From: a bacterium
GTDB taxonomy: Bacteria > Margulisbacteria > Marinamargulisbacteria > JABIPA01
Assembly: GCA_018698675.1 (NCBI GenBank)
Contig: JABIPA010000063.1
Location: forward strand, 20,851 to 84,850
DNA length: 64,000 bases
Direction: 5' to 3'
The translations under genes were made by a program, and so were the position numbers. Below, in pieces: positions 19,101-28,202 of this stretch. The stretch's first letter is position 1. Every line of letters begins with the position of its first letter. The notes beneath the pieces were generated by a model that was not told the DNA's origin, made no database searches, and saw only the letters and a list, made by a program, of their open reading frames with translations.

Positions 19101-22100
19101 TAGAAGATGTAGACGCCTTTAAAGCAGAAATGAACGATTTACCAAATATGGTTGCAAGAGAGTTTAAAGGCAGTCCTCATAGTATTCCTCTCGACATGAA
19201 TGAAATAAATCAAAAAATGGTAAGCGTTCAAAAAGAAATGTTTGAGTTCTTAAACAAACCTGACAGTAAGGATGATAAGGCGGGGTTTGATAAAATTTTG
19301 ACAAAATTGAGAAATTTGGAGACGTTGACCCAAACAAAAACCTTGCAAGTGGATAGCTTGACATTAAATACAAAAGAGAAAAACGAAATTTTAACTAAGA
19401 TTAAACCAGAAATACGACGGCTTTTAAAAAATAATCAAGAAAATATTCAAGACATAATTGTTAAATTTATGAGTATGGATGTAGCCACCGTTTTAGACGC
19501 AAAAGGGGATGGGATTAATGCTATTGCAAGTGAAACACATGGATTAGCCGTAAAATCGGAAAGCTTAGGTGATTTTGGTTTACATGACGACATGACGACA
19601 ACCATGTTAAAAGGAGATATGTCGTTTGGAGCAACAGTCAGCGATATGTCCAATTCTTTAAGAGATGCAGCCGCTAAAACAAATTCGAGTTCAAGAAAAA
19701 AAGCGTTACAAACACTATCCAAATCCTTCGAAATTGCGATTCTTTCTCAACGAGAGGACAAACTACAAGATTTTATGAGTTTAATAGACTCTGAGATGTC
19801 AAAGACCAATAGTGGTGCTTTAAAAACAATGGAATTTTTTAAAGATAATGCAGGTTTGTTTAGGATGCAGTTTCTTGAAAAATTTGGGGAAGAAAAAGCA
19901 AATACGTTAAAGTCCGTTGAAAAGAGTCTTTCTGACATGGGTTTAAGAAATTTTGAAGTTTATGATTGTTTCGAAAACAAGACCACCGGTGCTATTGAGG
20001 TATCGATAAATACGTGGGAAAAAGGAACGCCTGAATCTAAAAGACAGCCGAGAATTTTGAAATTAAAACTTCCTCGAGTTGATGATAGCTTAAAATTTTC
20101 GAAGGAATCTTTTTTAGTAGGAAATGAGGACAAAAAAGCGAGTTCTAAATCAGAAACGAGGGGTACGTTCGCAAAAGATGAGTTTTATGGAAAAGTAGGA
20201 GTATCATCTGAAGATGAAAAAGCCTTGAGGTTTTTGTTGAAAGATAGGTCTAAAAAAGCAACTAACACTAAAGATATTTTAAATAAGAGTACCTACGCAG
20301 AGTTTTTTAACGACCTTAGCTCCATGCTTAATTCGAACGAAGATCCGACCGTCGATTTGGATGCGCCAAAACTTACTGTTGAAGAATTGGAATCTAGAAA
20401 TGAACAAATAGGTAGTGATAAAAAATTGAAAATGGAAGGTCTTTCAGCAACAGCATCCATGTCTGATTATTCGGGCGAAAGTTCTGAGTTCGGGGATGAT
20501 ATATCTGATCGAGGTTCCATAAATTCTGCGGGAGGCCTTTCAGTTCCTGACGATGAATTAGCCTCCGTTAGTTCGGAAGATTCGATGATATCTCAAATGC
20601 AGGCTGCCGCTGAAGCTAGCAATAAATTTTCTCTTGATACTCCGGAAACGGTTGCTCAATTATTTCAAACTGACAAACCATTACCAAAACATATCGCCTT
20701 GTTCGGTTTTCCGGAGGGTGGATTAAAATTGGGGGACCATCCGAAAGTAATAGACGGTGGAGACTTCACTGTCGAAATCGAAATGACTCAATCAAATGAG
20801 TCAGATCCAATTCAGTTAGTCTATAAAAAAACAGATAAAAAAACAGGTGTGTTACAAGAACAAGAACTAACCATTTACAACAAAGAAACAGCCGTCGATT
20901 CCATAAATGAAGATGTTGCCTCCCAATATGTCGATTTGGCAATAAGTAGAGACTATTCAGTAAATTTTGGAAGTGGAGGAGAAGGGTTTTATATTTCAGG
21001 GGGCGCGGCTAGAGCGATCAATGTCTCTATAGTTAGTGGCTTAAATAATCCAGATGTTTTTCCCGAGGGATATGATACGAGTTTGTCGGAATTTGAGTTT
21101 CAAGTAAAACAAAAAATACTTGAAACTCCAAGCCTGTTAGAAAAGATAACTCCTGGAGCTGCGCGTGAGAAAATAATAGATACATTAACGGATCGATTCG
21201 ACAATTTAGATCTATCTGAATTTCTAGAAAATTCAAATAGATTAATTGGTTCCGATGGAATGTCTTCTGGTGCAGATGGAATAAACGCCTCTTTTGATGC
21301 GTTCGAAACGTTAAGTACTGAATTCGAAGAAACTCTGGTTCAATCTCTAAAAGAAACCATCGGCACGGCAATCCAAGGAAATGAAACTCTTTTCGATGAT
21401 GAACTAGGTGAAAAAATGGATGAACTCAAGGTAACAATGAGAAAAAAGTTTTTAAGTTCGTTAGGGGCGGTTCATTTAGCTACTTTTCCATCGGTAGGCA
21501 CAAGTTTTGTTGAGAACGGGTCAACAATGGACAATAAAATGAAGGCTTTTTCAAAGGCATTGACTAGTTTTCACGCCGCTTCAAACGCATTGGAACAAAA
21601 ATCGATAGAATTATCGGGCGCCGGTTTATTTAACGAACAGACCCTTTTTAAAACTAGTTTAGCCGATAATATTGGTGAAATGTATGAATCTGAAGGGACT
21701 TCTTCAACAATAAGATCTGCTAATGGCGAAAATATAGAAAATTCATCATTTACATTATCGGGACTAGTTGCTCAAAAAACATTAGAGTTTTCGTCCAATT
21801 TTAGCCAAGATGTTTTTGGCGTATCAAACGAGCATGGTGAATACCCAACAGTTGGATTGAATCAAGACTTGGATTTTAAAATGGCGCAGACCTCCCGGGT
21901 ATTGAATACAAGTTCAAATATGGATAAATTGTCCGAAAAATTAACGAAGATGAAAAATTCCAAACCTCAAAAAGAGTATTTAAAAAATTTACCGGATAAT
22001 TTTAGCATCATAAGTATCCGAAATGACAGTATTGAAACTCCTGATAAAAGTGGAAAAATGGTGAGTAATTCTTACGTAGGAGGCATTCTTGTTTCAACTC

Positions 22101-23680
22101 CAGAAGGAAAGGAGATCTTAATAGAAATTGAGCCTGATGAAAATTTTGATGAGAATGTTTTAAAAGATTTAACAGGAATTTTGGAGAAAACAGAACGAAA
22201 ACCAACTGTTAAGAAATTTGAAGACAATTTTTTGAATAACGTAAATCTAGCATTAGTGTTAAACGAAGACCCAGATAGTTTTGGAATGCGAAACGCAAAA
22301 ATAACCATTCCAATTATGGATTCCGATGACAATATACAAGGCATATCGATAGAAATTGAACCAACAAAAGAACAGAAGAAAAGGGGAATGAAACCTACTG
22401 TAAAAGAAATAAAATTCAGCAGCATTCCATCAAGTATTAGAGAACAATTTAGTACAGAATTAACCAGTATGTGGAGCGGATGCATAAATGAAGAAAAAAA
22501 TAAGATAGTTGATTCGGTAGTCAGTCAATTAAATACGCGATCTGAATGTTTTGGATCCGATGCTGCAGGGCAACAAGCGAAAGGGATTTTTAATGATGCC
22601 TTACGTCAAAAAGTTTCTAGAGAAGTGGGTTATTCTATGGAGGCAGTCCAAAATCCTCAAGGTGGCCAATTGGAGAGTTTAATTGTCAGAGTTAATGAAG
22701 GGGTTCGTCACAATAGTATTGCTAAAAACACGAACACAGATAATTTGTTTCATACCGCTGCTGAGAGCAAAGAACGCGTATCTAAAACCTGCAATGAATC
22801 TTTAGCTCCACTTAAACAGAAATATGAAAATAAAGTAACCGAATTTAGGAAAACGGTACCCAAATTTGTTCAAGATAAAATGAAAGATTTAATAGGAGCT
22901 GATGTAAAGGTAGATTCTGTAAGGTTTGATTCAAACGGAAACGTCACTGATATTATGATCGTCAAAAAAAATAGTAAGGATGGGATAGATAGAGTTGTTT
23001 CGTTTAGAGATATAGGACGTGTTAAAAAGGGAGTGAAAGATAGCGCTTCGTTGAATGGAAGTTTCGACAAATTGTTAGACTCTATTAATAAAGGCGTTCA
23101 ATCTAGACAAGAAACAGCTACTAATGAAGAGCTATCAAACCTTGCTCTGGCGAAAGATAATGCGGAAGCTGCAATATTTACAACCCAGACTATAGCCGAG
23201 TTCAACGATGAATCGTTTAGCCTGTTTAAAATGAGACCCACGATCCCATCTGCCCCAACAAAATCTGAACTTGCCGAATTGAGATCTGGAATCGATGACT
23301 TTTCAGAATCTGTATTGACGCCCTTGAACGAAGCCTTAAGTGGATTAAAAGATGGTTTAGAAGGAGCAATTCCTCCTGAAAATAGAAATGAACTTTTTGC
23401 TTCACTAGAAAAGGGGAACTCTATGGAGATTAGAAGAGCTATAAATAAGCTACCTCCTGAACTTAAGATACTATTTAAGAGATTGGCGGGAGCTGTTCAT
23501 ATGATAAAAGAAAAAACAGACGCTCTATCAGAAGCCTATGGAATGTCTACAAATAACTTTGAAGATGGATTACAACTAGATGATGATTTCGTTACTAATT
23601 TTGTAGCTACTAACGGTGATGCAACGATCCTACTAGATTTAGCGAAGCATTATGGTACCGTTTTTAACAATAAAGACTAA
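16178..23680 (+). CDS. giant hypothetical protein, paralogue B body (2500 aa)
   Basis: 7.5-kb ORF starting at GTG 16178, preceded by an AAGGTGA SD-like sequence. An in-frame TGA at 16172-16174 fixes the upstream limit. Collinear with paralogue A from SGGVGG/SGGIG to the C-terminal FKRLAG block. Confidence 0.85.
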   Translation: MSNSGGIGIRQSVTPGKLSGSSKSAPAGKVSNGDGDVATQLAKDLDGLKISTPANRDFLPGLEKNLQGLVEFFDQIPEMLNVDVPSWEEPPSINITQKNCSPDVVVVSPNPKATNLKASFKELLTDYKSVKSELKEMLQELKKGSADSETIQSDFEEKLGELLDYGEVIQDKIDAWQEKNEGKEKTSVFKKMNGLQAGLASDFARLSRYSSKIGDSVKTNKSPVYDKLKNFAANTSSKAAATNNVVLAQPNVNSLPNDVPKESVLPEAKDIFKVPYKEEFETQMSYLFADTAGSRETKEMQIDGLEYNKTDNSVCIHMDSVDGLRSKSVELPFADGYEFKSMEDAENIIAKGSLDRGKSPKELLGSKRLFNKLKNQASAELEKMPGFKKMDPDLKKSLLTRKFNEKYQALVKNLKPTIVDQLEQIDKTGEVNFEPVDKNFKMTSTKVKTSWLSSGLTIIAVGSGKSGIKFKVTTTKRKEFSYKDTIKQRSFTADNPVSKADDPTSGSMSVVAKGGKLFFKGKAGGKDRIKALIGSDTINVTSKKTKKQLSTVTEIKSTIPKKMFEKCLPQPKSMFSIATRVENKVFKKAEKSVGLTRPSTFGNLIKEDLWPTSTQNKSILGKLGVVVKLLPNLAYTLPIGLIVNAVIMTSAHSKGDSLKLQSTMKSFKGNYETLTKNLLGEVSRGTNTRIMEMPKAVAQSTTSVGKTVKFAMGSAFKNMMKDKFKEQMELFDKSIQETTNVLGVAIPDSKAEIEEMERLIDSGDFKSAEDVFKLIDQKLTSSMNKRTKALGSLIDQMQEKLLPAAKDASKLKSTLINARATVNELTGLYLKSANSVQSIRSDLITGTVEILKNDDAMSKLGSKGAEGKVKSKVSSFMKKMEDYESRKSGMDPAEKKDVLNSIVSEFKDIEAISENGDNFMDKKELEIIMNSLEGVMKPLESIMKTYQSDIEVFSKEAPNPYQGMESNIDFQISLLEDVDAFKAEMNDLPNMVAREFKGSPHSIPLDMNEINQKMVSVQKEMFEFLNKPDSKDDKAGFDKILTKLRNLETLTQTKTLQVDSLTLNTKEKNEILTKIKPEIRRLLKNNQENIQDIIVKFMSMDVATVLDAKGDGINAIASETHGLAVKSESLGDFGLHDDMTTTMLKGDMSFGATVSDMSNSLRDAAAKTNSSSRKKALQTLSKSFEIAILSQREDKLQDFMSLIDSEMSKTNSGALKTMEFFKDNAGLFRMQFLEKFGEEKANTLKSVEKSLSDMGLRNFEVYDCFENKTTGAIEVSINTWEKGTPESKRQPRILKLKLPRVDDSLKFSKESFLVGNEDKKASSKSETRGTFAKDEFYGKVGVSSEDEKALRFLLKDRSKKATNTKDILNKSTYAEFFNDLSSMLNSNEDPTVDLDAPKLTVEELESRNEQIGSDKKLKMEGLSATASMSDYSGESSEFGDDISDRGSINSAGGLSVPDDELASVSSEDSMISQMQAAAEASNKFSLDTPETVAQLFQTDKPLPKHIALFGFPEGGLKLGDHPKVIDGGDFTVEIEMTQSNESDPIQLVYKKTDKKTGVLQEQELTIYNKETAVDSINEDVASQYVDLAISRDYSVNFGSGGEGFYISGGAARAINVSIVSGLNNPDVFPEGYDTSLSEFEFQVKQKILETPSLLEKITPGAAREKIIDTLTDRFDNLDLSEFLENSNRLIGSDGMSSGADGINASFDAFETLSTEFEETLVQSLKETIGTAIQGNETLFDDELGEKMDELKVTMRKKFLSSLGAVHLATFPSVGTSFVENGSTMDNKMKAFSKALTSFHAASNALEQKSIELSGAGLFNEQTLFKTSLADNIGEMYESEGTSSTIRSANGENIENSSFTLSGLVAQKTLEFSSNFSQDVFGVSNEHGEYPTVGLNQDLDFKMAQTSRVLNTSSNMDKLSEKLTKMKNSKPQKEYLKNLPDNFSIISIRNDSIETPDKSGKMVSNSYVGGILVSTPEGKEILIEIEPDENFDENVLKDLTGILEKTERKPTVKKFEDNFLNNVNLALVLNEDPDSFGMRNAKITIPIMDSDDNIQGISIEIEPTKEQKKRGMKPTVKEIKFSSIPSSIREQFSTELTSMWSGCINEEKNKIVDSVVSQLNTRSECFGSDAAGQQAKGIFNDALRQKVSREVGYSMEAVQNPQGGQLESLIVRVNEGVRHNSIAKNTNTDNLFHTAAESKERVSKTCNESLAPLKQKYENKVTEFRKTVPKFVQDKMKDLIGADVKVDSVRFDSNGNVTDIMIVKKNSKDGIDRVVSFRDIGRVKKGVKDSASLNGSFDKLLDSINKGVQSRQETATNEELSNLALAKDNAEAAIFTTQTIAEFNDESFSLFKMRPTIPSAPTKSELAELRSGIDDFSESVLTPLNEALSGLKDGLEGAIPPENRNELFASLEKGNSMEIRRAINKLPPELKILFKRLAGAVHMIKEKTDALSEAYGMSTNNFEDGLQLDDDFVTNFVATNGDATILLDLAKHYGTVFNNKD

Positions 23681-23697
23681 GTTTTTAACTTGCTTTT

Positions 23698-23973
23698 CTA
23701 ATGAAATAATTTAATTTTAATAGAGTCTTCAGTCATCTCAACTGTTTTTTGAAAGAAATTAGGGTCAAAGAAAACAATTGGAGATTCATCTTTAATTTCT
23801 AATTTGTAAGAACCGATGACAGGCTTTTCAACAGATAAAATCACTAAATTTTCCTTTGTCGATCCACCTTGAGTATCTAAGTTTAATCCAAATGAATCAG
23901 ATAAATTAAGTATTTCTTCTGGGCTTAACAGCTTGTGAGTATCTTTCATTTTGTTTTCTTTTTTGTCTTTCAT
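23698..23973 (-). CDS. small acidic hypothetical protein (91 aa)
   Basis: Strong AAGGGGGA SD about 7 nt upstream of the ATG. Convergent with paralogue B, 17 nt from its stop. No motif recognised. Confidence 0.55.
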   Translation of the reverse strand: MKDKKENKMKDTHKLLSPEEILNLSDSFGLNLDTQGGSTKENLVILSVEKPVIGSYKLEIKDESPIVFFDPNFFQKTVEMTEDSIKIKLFH

Positions 23974-24271
23974 ATTGAAATCCCCCTTTTATTTTCAAAA
24001 ACCATTTATTCAGTCTTTAAAATTTCCTTTTAACTTGTATCTTAATTAGTTATCGGGAAATAAAAAAATAAATTTCATTTTATTTGTTTTTAAGGTGTTA
24101 GTTCGTACGAATGGTAGTTGTGAACACCAAGTCCTTTTGAAATTAGACATAAAATACCGAAGGCAACAAAAAACCAGTAGAGCCAAGAAAGTATTCAGTT
24201 TGGAGGTACGGAATCGTGAAGCATATTAAAAATATGTAAACGATTTCATACGTTCGAAATGAACACTTTCT

Positions 24272-25309
24272 TTATTTTACGTAGTGGGCTAGTCGGGATT
24301 TTCGGTTAGGATGGCGTAGTTTTTTAAGAGCTTTTTCTTCTATTTGCCGAATTCGTTCTCTCGTAACATTATACACTTTTCCAACTTCTTCTAATGTACG
24401 AGGTCGTCCGTCATCAAAGCCAAAACGTAGCTTAAGAATCATCTGTTCTCGTTCGGTTAAAATATCCATTGCCTTTTCAATATCTTCTCGCATAACTGAT
24501 TTCATCATGAATGTGTCAGGAGCATCAAATTTTTTGTCTTCAATAAAGTTACCTAATTGAGACGACTCTTCATCTCCGATAGGTGTTTCTAAAGAAAGAG
24601 GGATTTGAGAATATTTTCTAACGGCTTTCACATTTTCAACAGAAAGTTCAGAATGTTTTGCCACCTCTTCATCAGTAGGCCAACGTCCCAATTCTTGCAT
24701 AAGCAATCGAATAGTTTTCTTAACTTTATATATGGTTTCAACCATATGAACAGGGACTCGTATCGTTCTGCTTTGATCTGCAATTGCCCGAGTAACGCCT
24801 TGTTTTACCCACCATGTTGCATATGTTGAAAATTTATATCCTTTTCGATAGTCAAATTTTTCAACGGCACGAATAAGACCTGTGTTTCCTTCTTGAATTA
24901 AATCTAAAAAGAGAAGCCCTTGTCCCGTATATTTTTTAGCAATAGAGACGACTAACCTCAGGTTTGCATTAATCAAAGCATCCTTCGCTTTTTGTTCGCC
25001 AGCTTCTACACCTTTTGCTAAATCGATTTCTTCTTGTGGCTTAAGTAGTTTTATTGTTCCTATTTCACGTAGGTACATTTTTACGGAATCATCTATTACA
25101 AGATTTTTTTCGCGAACACGGGTTGCTTCTTCTTCTTCTTCATCGGAGGATGTTAAACTTTCAGGTGTGAATGTTGGTTCTGCTTCTGTGACTGACGATC
25201 GTGGGGCATCTATTTTTTTTCTGGATTTTTCGGCGTCTAGTAGGTCGGGGCTATCAAATTCTTCGTATTTCTCTTTTCGATTACGATCATTCAAGGTTTC
25301 AAAAGACAT
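24272..25309 (-). CDS. rpoD: RNA polymerase primary-like sigma-70 factor (short, 345 aa)
   Basis: Regions 1.2 to 4.2 are present: [74 protein letters not shown], and region 4.2 as [28 protein letters not shown]. Acidic N-terminal tail only, with no long region 1.1 or non-conserved insert. Confidence 0.9.
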   Translation of the reverse strand: MSFETLNDRNRKEKYEEFDSPDLLDAEKSRKKIDAPRSSVTEAEPTFTPESLTSSDEEEEEATRVREKNLVIDDSVKMYLREIGTIKLLKPQEEIDLAKGVEAGEQKAKDALINANLRLVVSIAKKYTGQGLLFLDLIQEGNTGLIRAVEKFDYRKGYKFSTYATWWVKQGVTRAIADQSRTIRVPVHMVETIYKVKKTIRLLMQELGRWPTDEEVAKHSELSVENVKAVRKYSQIPLSLETPIGDEESSQLGNFIEDKKFDAPDTFMMKSVMREDIEKAMDILTEREQMILKLRFGFDDGRPRTLEEVGKVYNVTRERIRQIEEKALKKLRHPNRKSRLAHYVK

Positions 25310-25770
25310 TAATTCTCCTTTAGTAACAATTAATTAAGATATCTATTTAATATGCGATCTATTTGTATGGGTACAAATCAGATTATATGGATTTTTTTCT
25401 CGAATGACAATAAGTGAGTTAAACTTAAATAAGTGAATCCCAACAAAGGCTATAATTTGAGAGTTTATACCATAACTAAAATTGAGTGCATTATAGATTA
25501 TAACGACCGTTTATTATTTATTTGATAATCTCTTACGAACAAAAAGATATGGAGTTAATATGAAAATGTTCTAAAAAATAACATTCGATTAAAACAAACT
25601 GTTTTTTTTATCATAAAACTTTTCTATACTAAATGATAATAGATTTATTCAGTGGAACTCTTTGAATTATAAATGAGTGAAATAAAAGTTAATCGATTTT
25701 TTTTAATATCGAAGTTGAATAAAAAATAGATAAGGAATCGGTAAGTAATAAGATAGTATCTGGTAAAAAT

Positions 25771-26154
25771 ATGAAAAAACACGTATTAATTTTAATAATA
25801 AGTATTGGTATGACATCGAGCCTTCTATATGCCCAATTTGACGAAGTTGGTTTGGCTGCTCAAAGACATGCGATACAACAATACAATATCGAACATTCGG
25901 GTAAAACGATAAAACAAATTCGGGCCGGCGAATATATTGTAAAGCCGGACCCAAATAAGGACATAAAAGATACGAAGAAAATAGCTAAAAAGAAAAAGGT
26001 AGGGTTATCATTTGGTCAGTTTGCGAAACGGATTAAAAAGAAGACTCCAGAAGTACCTACTAAAAATCGAGTGAAAAAGTTAAAAGGAACATTTCGTGGA
26101 ATGTCTTACAGAATTAAAAAACGAAATATGCGAAAAAGAGATACGGATAATTAG
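25771..26154 (+). CDS. small secreted Lys-rich hypothetical protein
   Basis: Signal-peptide-like N-terminus (MKKHVLILIISIGMTSSLLYA) followed by a very basic C-terminal half. Confidence 0.5.
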   Translation: MKKHVLILIISIGMTSSLLYAQFDEVGLAAQRHAIQQYNIEHSGKTIKQIRAGEYIVKPDPNKDIKDTKKIAKKKKVGLSFGQFAKRIKKKTPEVPTKNRVKKLKGTFRGMSYRIKKRNMRKRDTDN

Positions 26155-26256
26155 AAAGAATTAAAAAAAGAACAAAATTTCTTTAGGTTTTGTGAGTTTT
26201 TTAATACAATAAACTAAAAGATTGTTAAATAAAGGTCTTTTATTGAGAGGGTTAGT

Positions 26257-27171
26257 ATGTTTTTACTTAAACAAATGGATCGGTTTTTTTGGGCGTTTAT
26301 ATCTTTGGGTGTTGTTTTAGGATTTTTATTTCCTAGCTTCATGGGGCAGTTCGAGCCTTATGTTTTATACATTGTAATGGGCATTATCTGTGTTTTATTT
26401 TTAAAAGTAGATATTATAAGTGTATGTGCTCACGTTAAGAAACCAATGTTTCTTTTATATGTTTTAGCCTTTAATCTTCTTGTTATTCCGTTGATTTGTT
26501 TTTTTACTTATTTTCAATTTTTTGATGAAAACTTGGCAATGGCGTTGTTGTTGTTGTCAGCTTTACCGGCCGGTGTTTCATCTGCCGCATTTACTGATAT
26601 TATGAGAGGAAAGACATCCTTAGGTTTAACCATCGTAATTTTTACGAACTTGCTTGCTCCACTTACGATTCCTCTTTTATTTTGGATGATATTTGAAACT
26701 AATATTGAACTTGATTATGTAAGTTTAATAAAAGATACATCGATGATTATGATAGTTCCTTTTTTAGTTGCAAAATGTTTAAAACATGTCATATTAAAGC
26801 CAATTATTCACAAAATATCTGATTACTATGACGTAACGATTTTATCCCTTCTATCTATGATGATGATGGTTACGATTGGATCTCAAGCAGAATTCGTTAT
26901 GCAGAATATATCGTCTCAATTGAAAACCATTGGTATTCTTTTTTCAGCTTTCTTCTTATTTCAAATATTGGGTTATATCAGTGTTTTTTGGGTTAAAAAA
27001 GGCGAAAAATTGGCCGTTTCAAATTCTAAAATGATTATGAATAATATTTTAGGAATTGTTCTTGGTTTGGCTTTTTTCCCTCCTGAAGTGTCTCACATTA
27101 TCATTCTTTCTCTAATTCCTTGGGGAACTATGATAATTGTAAAACATTGGTATAAAAAATACCTACCTTAG
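26257..27171 (+). CDS. bile acid:sodium symporter (BASS/SBF-like) family transporter
   Basis: About 8-9 hydrophobic helices. LLLLSALPAGVSSAAFTDIMRGKTSLGLT resembles the BASS core motif (PgG..S...t....Gd..Ls). Confidence 0.55.
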   Translation: MFLLKQMDRFFWAFISLGVVLGFLFPSFMGQFEPYVLYIVMGIICVLFLKVDIISVCAHVKKPMFLLYVLAFNLLVIPLICFFTYFQFFDENLAMALLLLSALPAGVSSAAFTDIMRGKTSLGLTIVIFTNLLAPLTIPLLFWMIFETNIELDYVSLIKDTSMIMIVPFLVAKCLKHVILKPIIHKISDYYDVTILSLLSMMMMVTIGSQAEFVMQNISSQLKTIGILFSAFFLFQILGYISVFWVKKGEKLAVSNSKMIMNNILGIVLGLAFFPPEVSHIIILSLIPWGTMIIVKHWYKKYLP

Positions 27172-27178
27172 GCTTAAA

Positions 27179-27772
27179 TTGGGGTCCACATTCTTAATCG
27201 TATGTCTCGGCAACCCGGGACAAAAATACGAAAACACACGGCATAATATAGGGTTTAGAATTGGCGATTCCTTGGCTAAATCTTTGTCTCTTGATCAAGT
27301 AGGATCAAAATTTAAATCAACTTATTTCAAGGGAACTTTTCAGTCGTCGATTACGAATATACATTTAATAAAACCCCTAACATATATGAATTTATCAGGT
27401 GAAGCCGTTATTGCCGCTGCTAATTATTATAAAGTTGAGCCGTCAAATATTATTGTGGTTTACGATGATTATGATATTGAATTAGGTACGATTCGTCTGA
27501 GGATGAAGGGGAGTGGTGGGACCCATAATGGAATGAAATCAATTATCCAACATGTTGGGAATAATTTGTTTCCTCGGTTAAGAATTGGTATCGGTCCAAA
27601 ACCCTCGTTTATGGACACTTCTAGATTTGTTCTTTCTAATTTTTCGAATTCAGAGGAAGATATTTTGAAAGACGTTATCTCTCAGTCAGTAGACGCTATA
27701 AAAAGTGTCTTGTCAGATGGTATTGAAAAAGCGATGAATAAGGTAAATACTAAACCAAAGTCAATTCAATAA
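27179..27772 (+). CDS. pth: peptidyl-tRNA hydrolase
   Basis: FLIVCLGNPGQKYENTRHNIGF, KPLTYMNLSGEAV, VVYDDYDIELGTIRLRMKGSGGTHNGMKSI and RLRIGIG. TTG start. Confidence 0.9.
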   Translation: MGSTFLIVCLGNPGQKYENTRHNIGFRIGDSLAKSLSLDQVGSKFKSTYFKGTFQSSITNIHLIKPLTYMNLSGEAVIAAANYYKVEPSNIIVVYDDYDIELGTIRLRMKGSGGTHNGMKSIIQHVGNNLFPRLRIGIGPKPSFMDTSRFVLSNFSNSEEDILKDVISQSVDAIKSVLSDGIEKAMNKVNTKPKSIQ

Positions 27773-27793
27773 CGAATTTAAATAATCTAAGCG

Positions 27794-28135
27794 TTAAGCA
27801 CGTCCATAATCATCTGAAACACGAATAATATCATCTTCTCCAAAATAAGTTCCGTATTGAACTTCTATTAATATCAAAGGGATATTTAGCGTATTAGCAA
27901 TTCTATGAAAAGATCCTTGAGGAATATGCAAGCTTTGGCCTTCTTGTAGCTGAATTTGAACGTCGTCTAGGGTAACAGTAGCTGTTCCATTTACGACAGT
28001 CCAATATTCACTTCGCTTAAAATGTTTTTGGTAGCTGAGTCTGTGAAAAGGGTTAACGAGTATTCGTTTAACTTTAGTGTAAGATTCATCTAGTAATACT
28101 TCCCACCAACCCCAAGGCGTAAGTGTTTTTTGCAT
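27794..28135 (-). CDS. cupin-domain protein (type II phosphomannose isomerase C-terminal-like)
   Basis: WGWWEVLLDESYTKVKRILVNPFHRLSYQKHFKRSEYWTVVNGTA...HIPQGSFHRIAN matches the ManC-type cupin barrel. Confidence 0.7.
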   Translation of the reverse strand: MQKTLTPWGWWEVLLDESYTKVKRILVNPFHRLSYQKHFKRSEYWTVVNGTATVTLDDVQIQLQEGQSLHIPQGSFHRIANTLNIPLILIEVQYGTYFGEDDIIRVSDDYGRA

Positions 28136-28202
28136 TTTTTCTCCAATAAATTAGATTGACTAACTTTAGTATTTTGTAGCTTAATATAGTCAGAGAAATA
28201 GT

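Noticed and set aside
10232-22485. Alternate-frame and antisense ORFs of 63-137 aa inside the two giant genes (for example 10232-10453, 12995-13288, 21033-21371 and 22072-22485)
   Set aside because: All are embedded in the far longer paralogue-supported frames. None is conserved between the two paralogues in position or sequence.
24100-24271. Possible small RNA or terminator downstream of rpoD (TTCGTACGAA palindrome, a CUUCGG tetraloop-like hairpin, and an imperfect GGAATCGTGAAGCATAT/ATATGTAAACGATTTC hairpin)
   Set aside because: The stems are short or imperfect, no T-run follows, and there is no resemblance to a known RNA family that I can recognise. The evidence is insufficient.
25703-25954. 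83-aa minus-strand ORF overlapping the start of the 25771 gene
   Set aside because: It overlaps a plus-strand ORF that has a plausible signal peptide, its translation is low-complexity, and it has no SD.
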